Below, piece after piece: positions 39,549-49,573 of a stretch of DNA of 64,000 bases. Source of the stretch: Ruminobacter sp. (GTDB lineage Bacteria; Pseudomonadota; Gammaproteobacteria; Enterobacterales; Succinivibrionaceae). The translations under genes were made by a program, and so were the position numbers. The stretch is from NCBI RefSeq assembly GCF_017940385.1, contig NZ_JAGAYS010000041.1; one strand, 5' to 3'. Position 1 is the first letter of the stretch; every line of letters starts with the position of its first letter. The notes below the pieces were generated by a model. That model was not told the origin of the DNA, did no database searches, and was given only the letters and a program-made list of their open reading frames with translations.

Positions 39549-39596
39549 AAATCCCGGAACAGGTGTTTTCAATAACCTTTTCCGGGATTTTCTTTT
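39549..39596 (+). terminator. Intrinsic terminator after pepB
   Basis: A perfect 11-bp stem pairs aaatcccggaa with ttccgggattt. The loop is about 19 nt and tcttttg follows. Confidence 0.65.
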
Positions 39597-39920
39597 GGGG
39601 GGATGCCGTCATGCCTTTTGGAATGACGGTCTGTCGTGTACGTCTCCGCATCACGGCCGGTGATGTAGATATACTTCAAAAATCACGGCGGATGTGAATA
39701 TCAAAGATCACATTTTGAATGCGGAGGCCTTACCGCAGGCGTTTTTTGAATTATTCTAGATTAAAAGTTTACGGATTCCGTCAGGCTCCGCCATGAAAAT
39801 CCCGTCCGTCGTGAAGGGAATTGCGGAGTGAGTATGAAACGACGCACCGTTGTATGCCGGTTGCCGCCTATGGCGGTTCGGAAAGAGGATCGGCGTAAGG
39901 TTATTCATAAAGGAGGGTAT

Positions 39921-40352
39921 ATGGCATTAGAAAGAACATTTTCAATCATCAAGCCTGATGTTGTGGCTCGCAATCTCATCGGCGACATCTATCACCGTTT
40001 TGAAAATGCCGGTCTGCGCATTGTTGCCGCCAAAATGGTTCATCTCAACCGTGAGGAGGCTTCAGGTTTTTACTGCCATCTGCGTTCCAAACCGTTTTTT
40101 GAGGAACTGCTGGAATTCATGATGTCAGGTCCCGTCATGGTTCAGGTTCTTGAAGGTGAGGATGCGATAAAGCGTCATCGTGAGGTTATCGGCGACACTG
40201 ACCCGAAGAAAGCCCGCGCGGGCTCAATCAGGGCCGACTATGCCACCAGCATAGATCAGAACGCTGTTCACGGTTCCGACTGTCTTGAGGCTGCAGAAAA
40301 GGAAATAGCTTATTTTTTTACCGATGAGGAACTGTGTCCCCGCACCAGATAA
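39921..40352 (+). CDS. ndk: Nucleoside diphosphate kinase
   Basis: It begins [13 protein letters not shown] and contains NAVHGSD. The SD AAGGAGGG precedes ATG 39921. The upstream 31 codons in the ORF track are not supported. Confidence 0.95.
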   Translation: MALERTFSIIKPDVVARNLIGDIYHRFENAGLRIVAAKMVHLNREEASGFYCHLRSKPFFEELLEFMMSGPVMVQVLEGEDAIKRHREVIGDTDPKKARAGSIRADYATSIDQNAVHGSDCLEAAEKEIAYFFTDEELCPRTR

Positions 40353-40507
40353 TTATCATCGGCTTAATGACATCGGGGCGGACACTGGTGCCGTTCCCGG
40401 CGTATGATTGACGATACCGGAGCCGGTCCCTGACCGGTTTCCGTCTTTTGGGCTTGCGTATGCGGTTCCCGTGATGAGGACCCGGACTGCTTTTTTCGGA
40501 GGTGAAC

Positions 40508-41236
40508 ATGAAAGAAATTCGCAACATACTGATACTTACCGGGGCCGGAATTTCCGCTGAATCTGGAATACCGGTGTTCAGATCGGAAACCGGACTATGG
40601 GAGCAGCACCGGGTTGAGGATGTGGCTACCTATGAGGGCTTTATGAGAAATAAGCCATTGGTTCACGAGTTTTACAATAAGATGCGCCGGAACCTTTTTA
40701 ATGTCAGGCCTAATCCGGCCCATGCTGCGCTTGCCCGTCTTGCCGGGGAATGGAAAAAGGGCCGCGTGAGTCTGATAACCCAGAATATTGACAATCTGCA
40801 TGAGGCTGCCGGTTCCGAAAACGTCATTCACATGCACGGTGAACTGATGCGCATAAGCTGTGAAAGTTGCGGCGCCGTTGTTGACTGGGATAAGGATTCA
40901 TCCGTGGACACCAGATGTCCGAAGTGCGGTAAGGCCGCCATGCGTCCGCACATCGTGTGGTTCGGGGAAATTCCTTATCACATGGAAAATATTGACGAGC
41001 TGCTCAGGAACTGCGATCTGTTCATCTCTGTCGGTACTTCCGGCGTTGTTTATCCGGCCGCGAATTTTGCGAGAATGACACATGCCCTGGGAGCATATAA
41101 CATTGAATTCAATCTGGAAAAGTCCGCAACCGCGGGAAGCTTTGACAGAGGAATTTACGGCAAGGCCGGAACCACTCTGCCGGAATTTGTGGACGGTCTG
41201 CTGAAAACAGGAAATCTGGATTTTCTGGACAGGTGA
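40508..41236 (+). CDS. cobB: NAD-dependent protein deacylase (sirtuin CobB)
   Basis: It has GAGISAESGIPVFR, QNIDNLHE, the HG catalytic His, and the zinc ribbon (CESCG...CPKCG). The SD GGAGGTG precedes ATG 40508. Confidence 0.9.
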   Translation: MKEIRNILILTGAGISAESGIPVFRSETGLWEQHRVEDVATYEGFMRNKPLVHEFYNKMRRNLFNVRPNPAHAALARLAGEWKKGRVSLITQNIDNLHEAAGSENVIHMHGELMRISCESCGAVVDWDKDSSVDTRCPKCGKAAMRPHIVWFGEIPYHMENIDELLRNCDLFISVGTSGVVYPAANFARMTHALGAYNIEFNLEKSATAGSFDRGIYGKAGTTLPEFVDGLLKTGNLDFLDR

Positions 41237-41277
41237 GACTGAATGTTAGGGACAGGCTAAAATATCTTAAATAACAG

Positions 41278-41299
41278 AAAAGCTCCATATGGAGCTTTT
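41278..41299. terminator. Palindromic terminator hairpin after cobB
   Basis: aaaagctcc-atat-ggagctttt is a 9-bp stem including A/T arms, so it is usable in both orientations. Confidence 0.65.
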
Positions 41300-41595
41300 C
41301 CTTTATCCGAAACGTATTTCATTAAGCAGAAAGGTGAGTTCCGCGGATAGTGAGGTAAGACGGCCGCCAATCCCTTCCTAATTTTTGGGGCAGTGCCGTA
41401 CTGACCGGCTGAGTTAAGTTCCCTGACCGTTGCGGGGCCGTTTTTTTCAGAAAAATACCTGTGGTTTTTTCCCTTGGGGAAAAGAGGGCTCCGCCCCCGG
41501 GGAGATACAAATAAAAATAGGACAGTTATTGTGTATTCTGATATAATCACGCAAATAATTGTGTTTATATTAAACTCGGGTAAGTTGTTGTCATA

Positions 41596-42696
41596 ATGTC
41601 AGAAAGTAAGATTAATTTATTGGATTTGGATCGCGACGGTCTGAGGGCTTTTGTGGCCGAAATGGGCGAAAAGCCGTTCAGAGCGGATCAGATTATGAAA
41701 TGGATATATCATTTCGGTGCTGATGATTTTACCAAAATGACCAATATCAACAGGGCCATGCAGGCAAAGCTTTCTGAATGCGCATACGTAAAGGCCCCTG
41801 AAATCAGGGCCGAGTACCGCAGCAGCGACGGAACCATTAAATGGGCTCTGGACGCCGGGGACGGTCAGCTGATTGAGACCGTGTACATTCCCGACGGAGA
41901 CAGGGCAACCCTGTGCGTATCAACCCAGGTGGGGTGCGTGATTAACTGTGCGTTCTGCGCCACCGGGGCTCAGGGTTTTAACCGTAATCTTTCCACTTCC
42001 GAAATTATCGGACAGGTATGGAGAGCCACCTCCGTCATAGGATTTACCCCGAATCCGAAATACAGGGCCATTGATAACGTGGTTCTTATGGGAATGGGGG
42101 AACCTCTTCTGAATTTTGACAATACCGTGAGAGCCATGAAGATCATGCTTGATGACTTCGGTTTCGGACTCTCAAAGAGAAGAGTGACAATTTCTACGGC
42201 GGGAGTTGTTCCGGGAATTGACAGACTCGGCGATGCCATTGACGTGGCACTGGCCATTTCCCTTCATGCTCCGAATGATGAGCTGAGGAGTAAACTGATT
42301 CCTCTTAATGATAAGCACAATATCAGCAGCATTCTGGCTGCCGTAAAGAGATATGTGGACAAGTCCAATGCCAACAGCGGCAGGGTTACCATAGAGTACA
42401 TTCTGCTTGCCGGAGTCAATGACAGACCGGAGCATGCGCACGAGCTGGCAAAACTTCTGGCTCATACTCCGTGCAAGATTAATCTTATTCCGTTTAATCC
42501 GCATGAGGCCGGCAGATTCAGCAAGCCGAAGGCCGCCGACATCGACAGATTCTACAGAATTCTTCTGGATTACGGATATACCGTCGTCACCCGCAAGACC
42601 AGGGGTGATGACATAAAGGCCGCCTGCGGTCAGCTGGCGGGTGAAGTGAAGAATAAACTGAAGAAAATAGCCACCTTCAGCGGAAAGGATCTGTAA
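41596..42696 (+). CDS. rlmN: Dual-specificity RNA methyltransferase RlmN (radical SAM)
   Basis: It has the radical-SAM cluster motif ([12 protein letters not shown]), MGMGEPLLN and the conserved C-terminal Cys (IKAACGQL). Confidence 0.95.
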   Translation: MSESKINLLDLDRDGLRAFVAEMGEKPFRADQIMKWIYHFGADDFTKMTNINRAMQAKLSECAYVKAPEIRAEYRSSDGTIKWALDAGDGQLIETVYIPDGDRATLCVSTQVGCVINCAFCATGAQGFNRNLSTSEIIGQVWRATSVIGFTPNPKYRAIDNVVLMGMGEPLLNFDNTVRAMKIMLDDFGFGLSKRRVTISTAGVVPGIDRLGDAIDVALAISLHAPNDELRSKLIPLNDKHNISSILAAVKRYVDKSNANSGRVTIEYILLAGVNDRPEHAHELAKLLAHTPCKINLIPFNPHEAGRFSKPKAADIDRFYRILLDYGYTVVTRKTRGDDIKAACGQLAGEVKNKLKKIATFSGKDL

Positions 42697-42753
42697 GGAT
42701 TCAGGAATTCCGCAATGGACGGCAGTTTTACATAAATATAAAGGACACAGCTA

Positions 42754-43557
42754 ATGAACATGATGAACAGATTATTACTGGCGGCAGTTGCCATGGGACT
42801 GCTGACCGGATGTATAACGTCCAAGGAAATAATTGTGGGCCGTGACGAAAACGGCAATGAAATTGTCCGCAAGGCGGATGATATTGATTATGAAAAGGCC
42901 GCACTTGCAAGAATCAACTTTGCATACAGCTTTATGCAGCAGAGGGAAATGAGCTCGGCAAAGGAGAATCTTAACATAGCCGAAAGCTATGCTCCGAATC
43001 TTGAGTCCCTGCATCTTGCCTGGGGCCGTTACTACGATATCGTGGGTGACTATGCCAATGCCGAAAAGAAGTACCAGACGGCAATAAAGGAATATCCTGA
43101 ATCAGGCATGAGCTATACCCACTACGGCAGTTTCCTGTGTTCCAGGGGCAGACGTGACGAAGGCCTGAACAACCTGCTCAGGGCTGTGTCCATTCCTAAG
43201 TTTGCCCAGATGAGCCTGGCTTATGAGGCGGCGGCAACATGTGCATATGAAGCCGGAAAGATTGATGAATCAAAGAAATACTTTGAACAGGCAATGAGCT
43301 ACGGCGGCAACGCTCCGTCACTGCTTTTCAACTACGCCACCTTCAGCTTTGAGAACGGGGATTATGAGACGGCGGACAGACTAATGCGCAACTATGACAT
43401 GTTCCAGCACAGGGACACCGCGCAGACTCTGTTCCTGAAAATCAGAATTTCCCAGAAGATGGGTGAGTACGCTTCCTCCGAAGTATACGGAAGAAAGCTT
43501 CTCAAGGCGTTTCCGAAGAGCGAGGAAGCCAAGAAATTCAAGGCCGGCGATTACTAA
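42754..43557 (+). CDS. pilW: TPR lipoprotein, type IV pilus biogenesis/stability protein PilW (PilF of Pseudomonas)
   Basis: It has a lipobox (LLTGC) and TPR repeats. It occupies the rlmN-rodZ interval, where pilW sits in Vibrio, Haemophilus and Pseudomonas. That positional point is from memory. Confidence 0.65.
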   Translation: MNMMNRLLLAAVAMGLLTGCITSKEIIVGRDENGNEIVRKADDIDYEKAALARINFAYSFMQQREMSSAKENLNIAESYAPNLESLHLAWGRYYDIVGDYANAEKKYQTAIKEYPESGMSYTHYGSFLCSRGRRDEGLNNLLRAVSIPKFAQMSLAYEAAATCAYEAGKIDESKKYFEQAMSYGGNAPSLLFNYATFSFENGDYETADRLMRNYDMFQHRDTAQTLFLKIRISQKMGEYASSEVYGRKLLKAFPKSEEAKKFKAGDY

Positions 43558-43582
43558 ATACGGGATAGAGGTTTAACGGAAT

Positions 43583-44914
43583 ATGATAAACAACAGTGCG
43601 GGCAGCGAAGCTGCCCAGCTTCTCGGCAACATGTACCGGGAGGCACGTGAAAGAAACAATATTTCCCTTACTACGGCTTCAGAGCAGTTAAACATCAGAA
43701 GTTATCTGCTTAACGATATGGAAAAGGGGCGTTTCGGTCATCTTAAGCTTGGTGACTGTCTCGCATATGCGAAATACCTGTCCGTCGACATCGGAGTGGA
43801 GGAAATCAACAAGATAAGACAGATTCAGGGCGCGTCAGGCGAAACCTACGTTATTGACAGAAAGGTTTACGTTGGCGGTGCCGTGGTTCTCGGCGTGCTG
43901 GCGGCTGCCATTCTGGCACTGACCTCGGGCTCCGGAAAGAATGACGGCGTCACTCCGGATAACGGTGTTCTGCAGATTCCGCAGAACGGTGGCAGCGGCG
44001 TGATAGAGCTTCCTGCCGCAAATGCTCCTCAGACGGTGGAGGTTCCTCTTGTGCAGCAGGCTCCTGCCGTACAGCCTGCCGTTTCGAAGGTACAGACTGC
44101 CGGCAGTCTGCCTGCAGAACAGGCAAAGACCGCAGAGACCTCTCCGGCACAGCAGAAAGCTGCTTCCGGCGTGGTTGTGGGACCTGACAGCGGTGACGTA
44201 ATCGTCGAAGAGGAAATCAGATTTGAAAGTCTTCCGGACGTTGAGCCTTCAGATGCTCCGGTTGTTGCCGCTCCGAGAACCGAAACGGCGGTAAAGACCG
44301 GAACCGCCGGCACTGCGGTTGCAGGAACAGCTCCTGTCGCGGATAATGCGGTTCAGCATCAGCCTGCCCGTCAGACTGAAAAAAACGCTGAAGTCAGGAA
44401 GGATGTTAAGCCTCAGAACGTATCACGCCGTGAGCCTGCAAGAACTGCGGCAAACACCTCCGTGACCAAGGTTCAGAACACCGCTGCGACTGCGGAACGC
44501 AAGGCTCAGACCAGAACTCAGACTGCAACGGCAGGAAAGTCAACAGGACTGAAGTCAGGTCAGGTTGTGTCACTGGCCGATGAACTCGGATACAAGAAAC
44601 CTGCACGCGCATCCCAGACATCAGCGTCAAAGCAGAGTGCAAAGCCTGCGCAGAAGTCTGCTCAGAGCCAGACTGCAGCGGCACCTAAGAACGTTTCATC
44701 AGGTGCGAAATCAGGCGGACTCAAGTCAGGTCAGGTAGTATCCCTTGCAGATGAGATGGGGTACCAGAAGAAGACCTCGGCACCTAAGAACACCGGTGCG
44801 GCCGTTTCATCAGGAAACAGCGTGAAGAGCGGTGTCGTAGGTCCGAAGATTACCGACCAGGCTGAAATAAAGAGACGTGCAAGTCAGGTTGTGATTACAG
44901 AGGCTGTACAGTAA
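43583..44914 (+). CDS. rodZ: Cytoskeleton-associated protein RodZ (XRE HTH plus TM), with an atypical extracytoplasmic region
   Basis: The N-terminal HTH is LGNMYREARERNNISLTTASEQLNIRSYLLNDMEKG. A single TM segment follows (VYVGGAVVLGVLAAAILALTSG), then a long Ala/Pro/Thr/Gln-rich region. It lies between pilW and ispG, as rodZ does in E. coli and Vibrio. Confidence 0.75.
   Translation: MINNSAGSEAAQLLGNMYREARERNNISLTTASEQLNIRSYLLNDMEKGRFGHLKLGDCLAYAKYLSVDIGVEEINKIRQIQGASGETYVIDRKVYVGGAVVLGVLAAAILALTSGSGKNDGVTPDNGVLQIPQNGGSGVIELPAANAPQTVEVPLVQQAPAVQPAVSKVQTAGSLPAEQAKTAETSPAQQKAASGVVVGPDSGDVIVEEEIRFESLPDVEPSDAPVVAAPRTETAVKTGTAGTAVAGTAPVADNAVQHQPARQTEKNAEVRKDVKPQNVSRREPARTAANTSVTKVQNTAATAERKAQTRTQTATAGKSTGLKSGQVVSLADELGYKKPARASQTSASKQSAKPAQKSAQSQTAAAPKNVSSGAKSGGLKSGQVVSLADEMGYQKKTSAPKNTGAAVSSGNSVKSGVVGPKITDQAEIKRRASQVVITEAVQ
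44546..44770 (+). repeat. Internal direct repeat in rodZ encoding GLKSGQVVSLADE[LM]GY[KQ]K twice
   Basis: Copy A is 44546..44599 and copy B is 44717..44770. The peptide motif is conserved while many third codon positions differ. Confidence 0.7.
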
Positions 44915-44917
44915 GTC

Positions 44918-46006
44918 ATGATTACATTAACGGAACAGATTAAGAGACGTAAAACCAGACGTATCATGGTTGGTAACGTACCGGTCGGCGGTGATGCCCC
45001 GATTTCGGTTCAGAGCATGACCAACACCGATACCACCGACATCGACGGCACAATTGCCCAGATAAGGGCCATAGCCGAAGCCGGAGCGGACATAGTCCGC
45101 GTCAGCGTGCCGACTCTCAAGGCTGCGGAGGCTTTTAAGGAAATCAGGGTCGGTTCACCGATTCCGGTTGTTGCCGACATTCATTTTGATTACCGCATTG
45201 CCCTCAAGGTCGCCGATTACGGTGCCGACTGCCTGCGCATAAATCCGGGTAACATCGGCAGTGACGAAAAGGTGCGTGCCGTGGTTTCTTCCGCAAGGGA
45301 GCATGGTATTCCGATCAGAATCGGCGTAAACGCCGGTTCTCTTGAGAAGGATATTCTTGAACGCTACGGCGAACCTACTCCGGAAGCTCTGGTTGAGTCA
45401 GCCATGCATCACATCGGAATCCTTGAGCATCTTGATTTTCCTGATTTCAAGATTAGCGTTAAGGCTTCGGACGTGTTTGTGGCGTATGAGGCCTATAAGC
45501 TCCTGAGCCAGAAGATCGAACAGCCGCTGCATCTCGGCATTACCGAGGCCGGCGGGTTCAGAAAAGGCTCTGTTATGAGCGCCATCGGTCTTTCCTGGTT
45601 ACTTAAGGAAGGTATCGGTGATACCATGCGCGTGTCTCTTGCGGCTGATCCGGTTGAAGAGGTAAGAGTGGCTTTTGACATTCTGAAGGTAATGAAGCTG
45701 CGCACCAGAGGTATTAATTTCATTGCCTGTCCTACATGTTCACGCCGCGGCTTTGACGTTATCGGAACCGTGAATGAACTGGAAAAGAGACTCGGTGACG
45801 TTACCGAATCACTGAACGTGGCCGTAATGGGCTGTGTGGTTAACGGTCCGGGTGAGGCTTCAAGAGCTAACCTCGGAGTATGCGGTGCCGCGGAAAAAAG
45901 CTATTACTACGAGGACGGCGAAAGGCTGGACAGAATTCCGAATGAACAGCTTATTGATGAGCTGGAAAGGAGAATAAGGGCATACCTTGCCAAAAAGCAG
46001 GCTTAG
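44918..46006 (+). CDS. ispG: 4-hydroxy-3-methylbut-2-enyl diphosphate synthase IspG (GcpE)
   Basis: The N-terminus is [28 protein letters not shown]. The Fe-S Cys ligands are present (ACPTCSR ... GCVVNGPGE). Confidence 0.95.
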   Translation: MITLTEQIKRRKTRRIMVGNVPVGGDAPISVQSMTNTDTTDIDGTIAQIRAIAEAGADIVRVSVPTLKAAEAFKEIRVGSPIPVVADIHFDYRIALKVADYGADCLRINPGNIGSDEKVRAVVSSAREHGIPIRIGVNAGSLEKDILERYGEPTPEALVESAMHHIGILEHLDFPDFKISVKASDVFVAYEAYKLLSQKIEQPLHLGITEAGGFRKGSVMSAIGLSWLLKEGIGDTMRVSLAADPVEEVRVAFDILKVMKLRTRGINFIACPTCSRRGFDVIGTVNELEKRLGDVTESLNVAVMGCVVNGPGEASRANLGVCGAAEKSYYYEDGERLDRIPNEQLIDELERRIRAYLAKKQA

Positions 46007-46173
46007 CCCGGGGACTTCGGGATCCTTCCCGGTGCGCACCGGCAGACGGTGCGGAAAAATAATAAAACCGGCAGATCCCCTCTGAAAGGTTCCGTGAGCC
46101 GGACGTGTTTCCGGCCCGCAATGATTTTGTGATTATATGGTTTGAATAATGTTTTTTAAGGAAGCTAGATAAA

Positions 46174-47442
46174 GTGGCGGTTAAAATTAACGCAATCAGA
46201 GGTATGAATGATCTTCTGCCTCAGGACAGCAGTATGTGGCAGCAGGTTGAAGGGGTTCTTAAATCAACCGCGGCCTCTTTCGGTTTCAGTGAAATCCGTT
46301 TCCCGATCGTCGAAAAGACCGGACTGTTCTGCAGGGCAATCGGTGAGGTTACCGACGTGGTCGAAAAGGAAATGTATACCTTTAACGACCGTGACGGTGA
46401 TTCACTGTCATTAAGACCTGAGGGCACTGCCGGCTGTGTGAGGGCGTGTCTTGAGAACTCCCTCATTCACGGTCAGGAACAGAGACTCTGGTACACCGGA
46501 CCGATGTTCCGTCACGAAAGACCTCAGAAGGGTCGTTACCGTCAGTTCCATCAGTTCGGCTGTGAGGTATTCGGTCTGAAGGGACCTGATATCGATGCTG
46601 AAATCATTGCCTTTACCGCCGAAGTTCTGGCAAAGCTCGGCCTTACCGAACACGTAAGTCTGCAGCTTAATTCCCTCGGTTCTTCCGAAGAACGTGCGGC
46701 CTACAGGGACGCCCTGGTTGCATTCCTTGAAAAGCATCAGGATGTTCTTGACGAAGACTGCAGACGCAGAATGTACACCAATCCTCTCAGAGTGCTTGAT
46801 ACCAAGAATGAGGATGTCATCGCGGTACTTAAGGACGCTCCGAAGTTAAGCGATTATTTCGGGGAGGAGACAAAGGCTCATTTTGAGGGACTCTGTTCAA
46901 GACTTGAAAATCTGGGTATTAAGTACGAGATCAACAGCCGTCTGGTCCGCGGTCTTGATTACTACAATCTCACCGTGTTTGAATGGGTTACCGATGCTCT
47001 CGGTTCACAGGGTACCGTGTGCGGCGGCGGCCGTTACGACGGACTGGTGGAACAGCTTGGCGGTCAGAGCACTCCGGCCATCGGTTTTGCCGTAGGTCTT
47101 GAAAGAATGATTCTTCTTCTTGAAACCCTGCAGCTGGTTCAGCGTAAGCCTGCGGTTGACATCATGATCTGTGCCATGGGTGAAGAACCTGAACGTCAGC
47201 AGTTAAAGCTTGCCCTTGATCTTAGAAAGGCACTGCCGGGTTTGGGTATAATGACTCACTGCGGCGGCGGCAAGTTTAAGAAACAGATGGCTCATGCCGA
47301 TAAGTCAGGTGCCCGTTTTGCGGTCATCATCGGTGATGATGAAATAAACAATAAGGTACTTAGTATCAAAGATCTGCGTTCAGGAGAACAGCAGACTGTG
47401 GAAATGGCGGCAGCAGCTGCTTATTTTAAGAGCGTATTTTAA
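46174..47442 (+). CDS. hisS: Histidine--tRNA ligase
   Basis: With a GTG start, [19 protein letters not shown] parallels E. coli MAKNIQAIRGMNDYLPGET. It has the class II motifs ([24 protein letters not shown] and GGGRYDGL). Confidence 0.95.
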   Translation: MAVKINAIRGMNDLLPQDSSMWQQVEGVLKSTAASFGFSEIRFPIVEKTGLFCRAIGEVTDVVEKEMYTFNDRDGDSLSLRPEGTAGCVRACLENSLIHGQEQRLWYTGPMFRHERPQKGRYRQFHQFGCEVFGLKGPDIDAEIIAFTAEVLAKLGLTEHVSLQLNSLGSSEERAAYRDALVAFLEKHQDVLDEDCRRRMYTNPLRVLDTKNEDVIAVLKDAPKLSDYFGEETKAHFEGLCSRLENLGIKYEINSRLVRGLDYYNLTVFEWVTDALGSQGTVCGGGRYDGLVEQLGGQSTPAIGFAVGLERMILLLETLQLVQRKPAVDIMICAMGEEPERQQLKLALDLRKALPGLGIMTHCGGGKFKKQMAHADKSGARFAVIIGDDEINNKVLSIKDLRSGEQQTVEMAAAAAYFKSVF

Positions 47443-47456
47443 CAGGAGTATAATAA

Positions 47457-48224
47457 ATGGACGTTTTTGAGGCTGATGCACAACAGAGAGAAGAAGAACT
47501 TCGCAAGTGGTGGCATGATAACTGGAAGAGCATTGCCATGGGCGTTGTTCTGGCATTCGTCATTATTACCGCCATATTCTGGTACAGAGACTATACCAGA
47601 AAAATCAGATATCAGAATGCCGTTGATTTCTATGGGGTTGTCATGAACGCCAATTTGGCTGATGAAAAGAACGTTGCCGAAGTCAGGGCCTTCATCAGTG
47701 AACACGGTAATGACGTATACAGCGAGCTCGCCGCTCTTTCACTGGCAAAGCAGTTTGTAAGCGAAAAGAAGTATCAGGAAGCCGCTGATCTGTTAAACGG
47801 CAGTCTCGGTGCCGCAAAGGACTCAATTCTTGATGACATCGTTCGTTTAAGAATTGCCAGACTCGACATTGAGCTCAGAAAGTTTGATGATGCCGCTGCA
47901 GTTCTCAATGCCGTTAAGAACACTGACTCATTCAGATTTGAAGTTACCTCATTAAAGGGTGACGCCGCTTATGCTTCAGGCGACCTTAATGCCGCTTTCA
48001 AGTACTACGATGAAGCTCTTTCATATGCCAAGGCTGACGAAGACACCACCGTGGTTAAGATGAAGAGGGATTCCCTCAATGCGGTTAAGGGTGTGCCTGC
48101 CGCTAAAAATGCCGCACAGGTGACTGAACCTGCGGCTGAAGCTGCTGTCAAAGATACCGTTGCCGAAGATGCGGCAGAAACAGCGGCAAAGACAGTTGAA
48201 GCGGAAGCCTCAGCAAAGCAGTAA
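47457..48224 (+). CDS. yfgM: Ancillary SecYEG translocon subunit YfgM (UPF0070, TPR-like)
   Basis: It has an N-terminal single TM segment after an acidic head (WWHDNWKSIAMGVVLAFVIITAIFWY) and helical repeats. Its position between hisS and bamB matches E. coli. Confidence 0.8.
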   Translation: MDVFEADAQQREEELRKWWHDNWKSIAMGVVLAFVIITAIFWYRDYTRKIRYQNAVDFYGVVMNANLADEKNVAEVRAFISEHGNDVYSELAALSLAKQFVSEKKYQEAADLLNGSLGAAKDSILDDIVRLRIARLDIELRKFDDAAAVLNAVKNTDSFRFEVTSLKGDAAYASGDLNAAFKYYDEALSYAKADEDTTVVKMKRDSLNAVKGVPAAKNAAQVTEPAAEAAVKDTVAEDAAETAAKTVEAEASAKQ

Positions 48225-48271
48225 GCCGTAAACGGTTATGTGCAGGGATTTTGAGTTAAGAGAATTATCAG

Positions 48272-49474
48272 ATGTTCAGCTTTTTTAAAAAGCAGTTTAT
48301 TTCAGGGACGGTAATAGCCCTGTCGGCACTTGCGGTAGGCTGTTCCACCGATGTCGATGTATATCAGCCGGTATCGGCTCCGATTGTGACCAACAGTGTT
48401 GAACCCACTGTCGTGTGGAGTGCCTCCGTAGGTTCAGGTGTCGGCAATTACTACACCAGACTTACGCCTGCGGTGGACGAGGTCAAGGTATACGCGGCAT
48501 CACGCAACGGTGACGTGTTCGCCCTGGACAGGGAGACCGGTTCAAGGGAATGGCATATAGATCTTGATGATGAGGATGAGAATGACGATCGCCGTTCCGC
48601 CCGTCTGTCCGGAGGTCTTGTTCTTCAGTACGGTACCCTCTACGTTACCAGTGAAAACGGCTACCTGTATGCCATCGATGCCGAGGAAGGTACCCTGAAA
48701 TGGAAGGCTGAAGTAGGGCAGGAGGTCATGGCATCTCCGGCAGCAGGATATGACAAGGTATTCGTTCTGACGATTACCGGTCAGCTCCTGGCCTTCAGTT
48801 CCGAGACCGGAGAAAAAATCTGGGCCAACGGTAATGACGGCAATACCGTTTCCCTGCGCGGAGACAGTAACCCTGTGGCGATAGCCGATCAGGTTGTCAT
48901 CTACGGGACCGCAAACGGTAAGGTCAACATCGTTTCGCAGGAGTCAGGCGTACTCATTCATCAGCTGAAGGTTAACAATGCAAACGGTGCAACCAGAATT
49001 GCACGTCTCAACGACGTGAACAGTACACCGCTGAGCATAATGAATGAAGTGTACTCAGTGGCTTTCAACGGTAATTTCCAGGGATTCCTGATACCTGAGT
49101 TCACTTCAATGTGGAAGAGACAGTACTCATCATGTCTTGATCTTGCGAGTGATTCAACCGATATCGCCTTAACGGACGTGTCAGGTCATGTCTACTCCAT
49201 CATCAGGGTTGACGGAACTCAGAGATGGGCAAATACCCGTCTTACCTACCGCGGCGTTACGGCACCTGCCTATTTCAAGCGTCACGTGGTTGTAGGGGAT
49301 TATGAGGGCTATGTTTATTTTCTGGATGATGCGACCGGAGAAATCAAGTCAATGCGCATGATTGACTCCAGCGGTCTGTATACGGCTCCGGTTAGTGATG
49401 AGGATTATCTCTACATCCAGTCAAGGGACGGAACTCTCTACGCCGTTGACATTGCGGAGAAAAATGAAGAATAG
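48272..49474 (+). CDS. bamB: Outer-membrane protein assembly factor BamB (PQQ-like beta-propeller lipoprotein)
   Basis: It has a lipobox (LAVGC) and repeated propeller blades (GxLYAxD/GxxxW). It is syntenic with yfgM and der. Confidence 0.88.
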   Translation: MFSFFKKQFISGTVIALSALAVGCSTDVDVYQPVSAPIVTNSVEPTVVWSASVGSGVGNYYTRLTPAVDEVKVYAASRNGDVFALDRETGSREWHIDLDDEDENDDRRSARLSGGLVLQYGTLYVTSENGYLYAIDAEEGTLKWKAEVGQEVMASPAAGYDKVFVLTITGQLLAFSSETGEKIWANGNDGNTVSLRGDSNPVAIADQVVIYGTANGKVNIVSQESGVLIHQLKVNNANGATRIARLNDVNSTPLSIMNEVYSVAFNGNFQGFLIPEFTSMWKRQYSSCLDLASDSTDIALTDVSGHVYSIIRVDGTQRWANTRLTYRGVTAPAYFKRHVVVGDYEGYVYFLDDATGEIKSMRMIDSSGLYTAPVSDEDYLYIQSRDGTLYAVDIAEKNEE

Positions 49475-49573
49475 TATGCCCGGTGCCCAGTAGCCGTGCA
49501 TGCTGATTCCGTGAATAAATTATAAATTTACCGAACCGGCTTATCCTGCGGATAAGCCAGTTTTTTGATTATT

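Noticed and set aside
41300-41460. Tested the structured element against remembered consensus for SRP (4.5S) RNA, the TPP riboswitch and the cobalamin riboswitch
   Set aside because: Only short coincidental matches appeared (CCCGCAACG and GGUCAG for SRP; GCUGAG and CCCUGA for TPP; GGCACUG for B12). The invariant cores are absent: GGAAGCAGCC with its GGAA tetraloop for SRP, CUGAGA…ACCUGAUCUGGAUAAUGCCAGCG for TPP, and the B12 box for cobalamin. The flanking genes do not fit those riboswitches either.
41257-41550. 97-aa and 62-aa minus-strand ORFs in the cobB-rlmN spacer
   Set aside because: They have no SD and low-complexity Pro/Gly/Arg-rich products, and they overlap palindromes and terminator-like hairpins. 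The region is better explained as structured RNA or DNA (see the finding).
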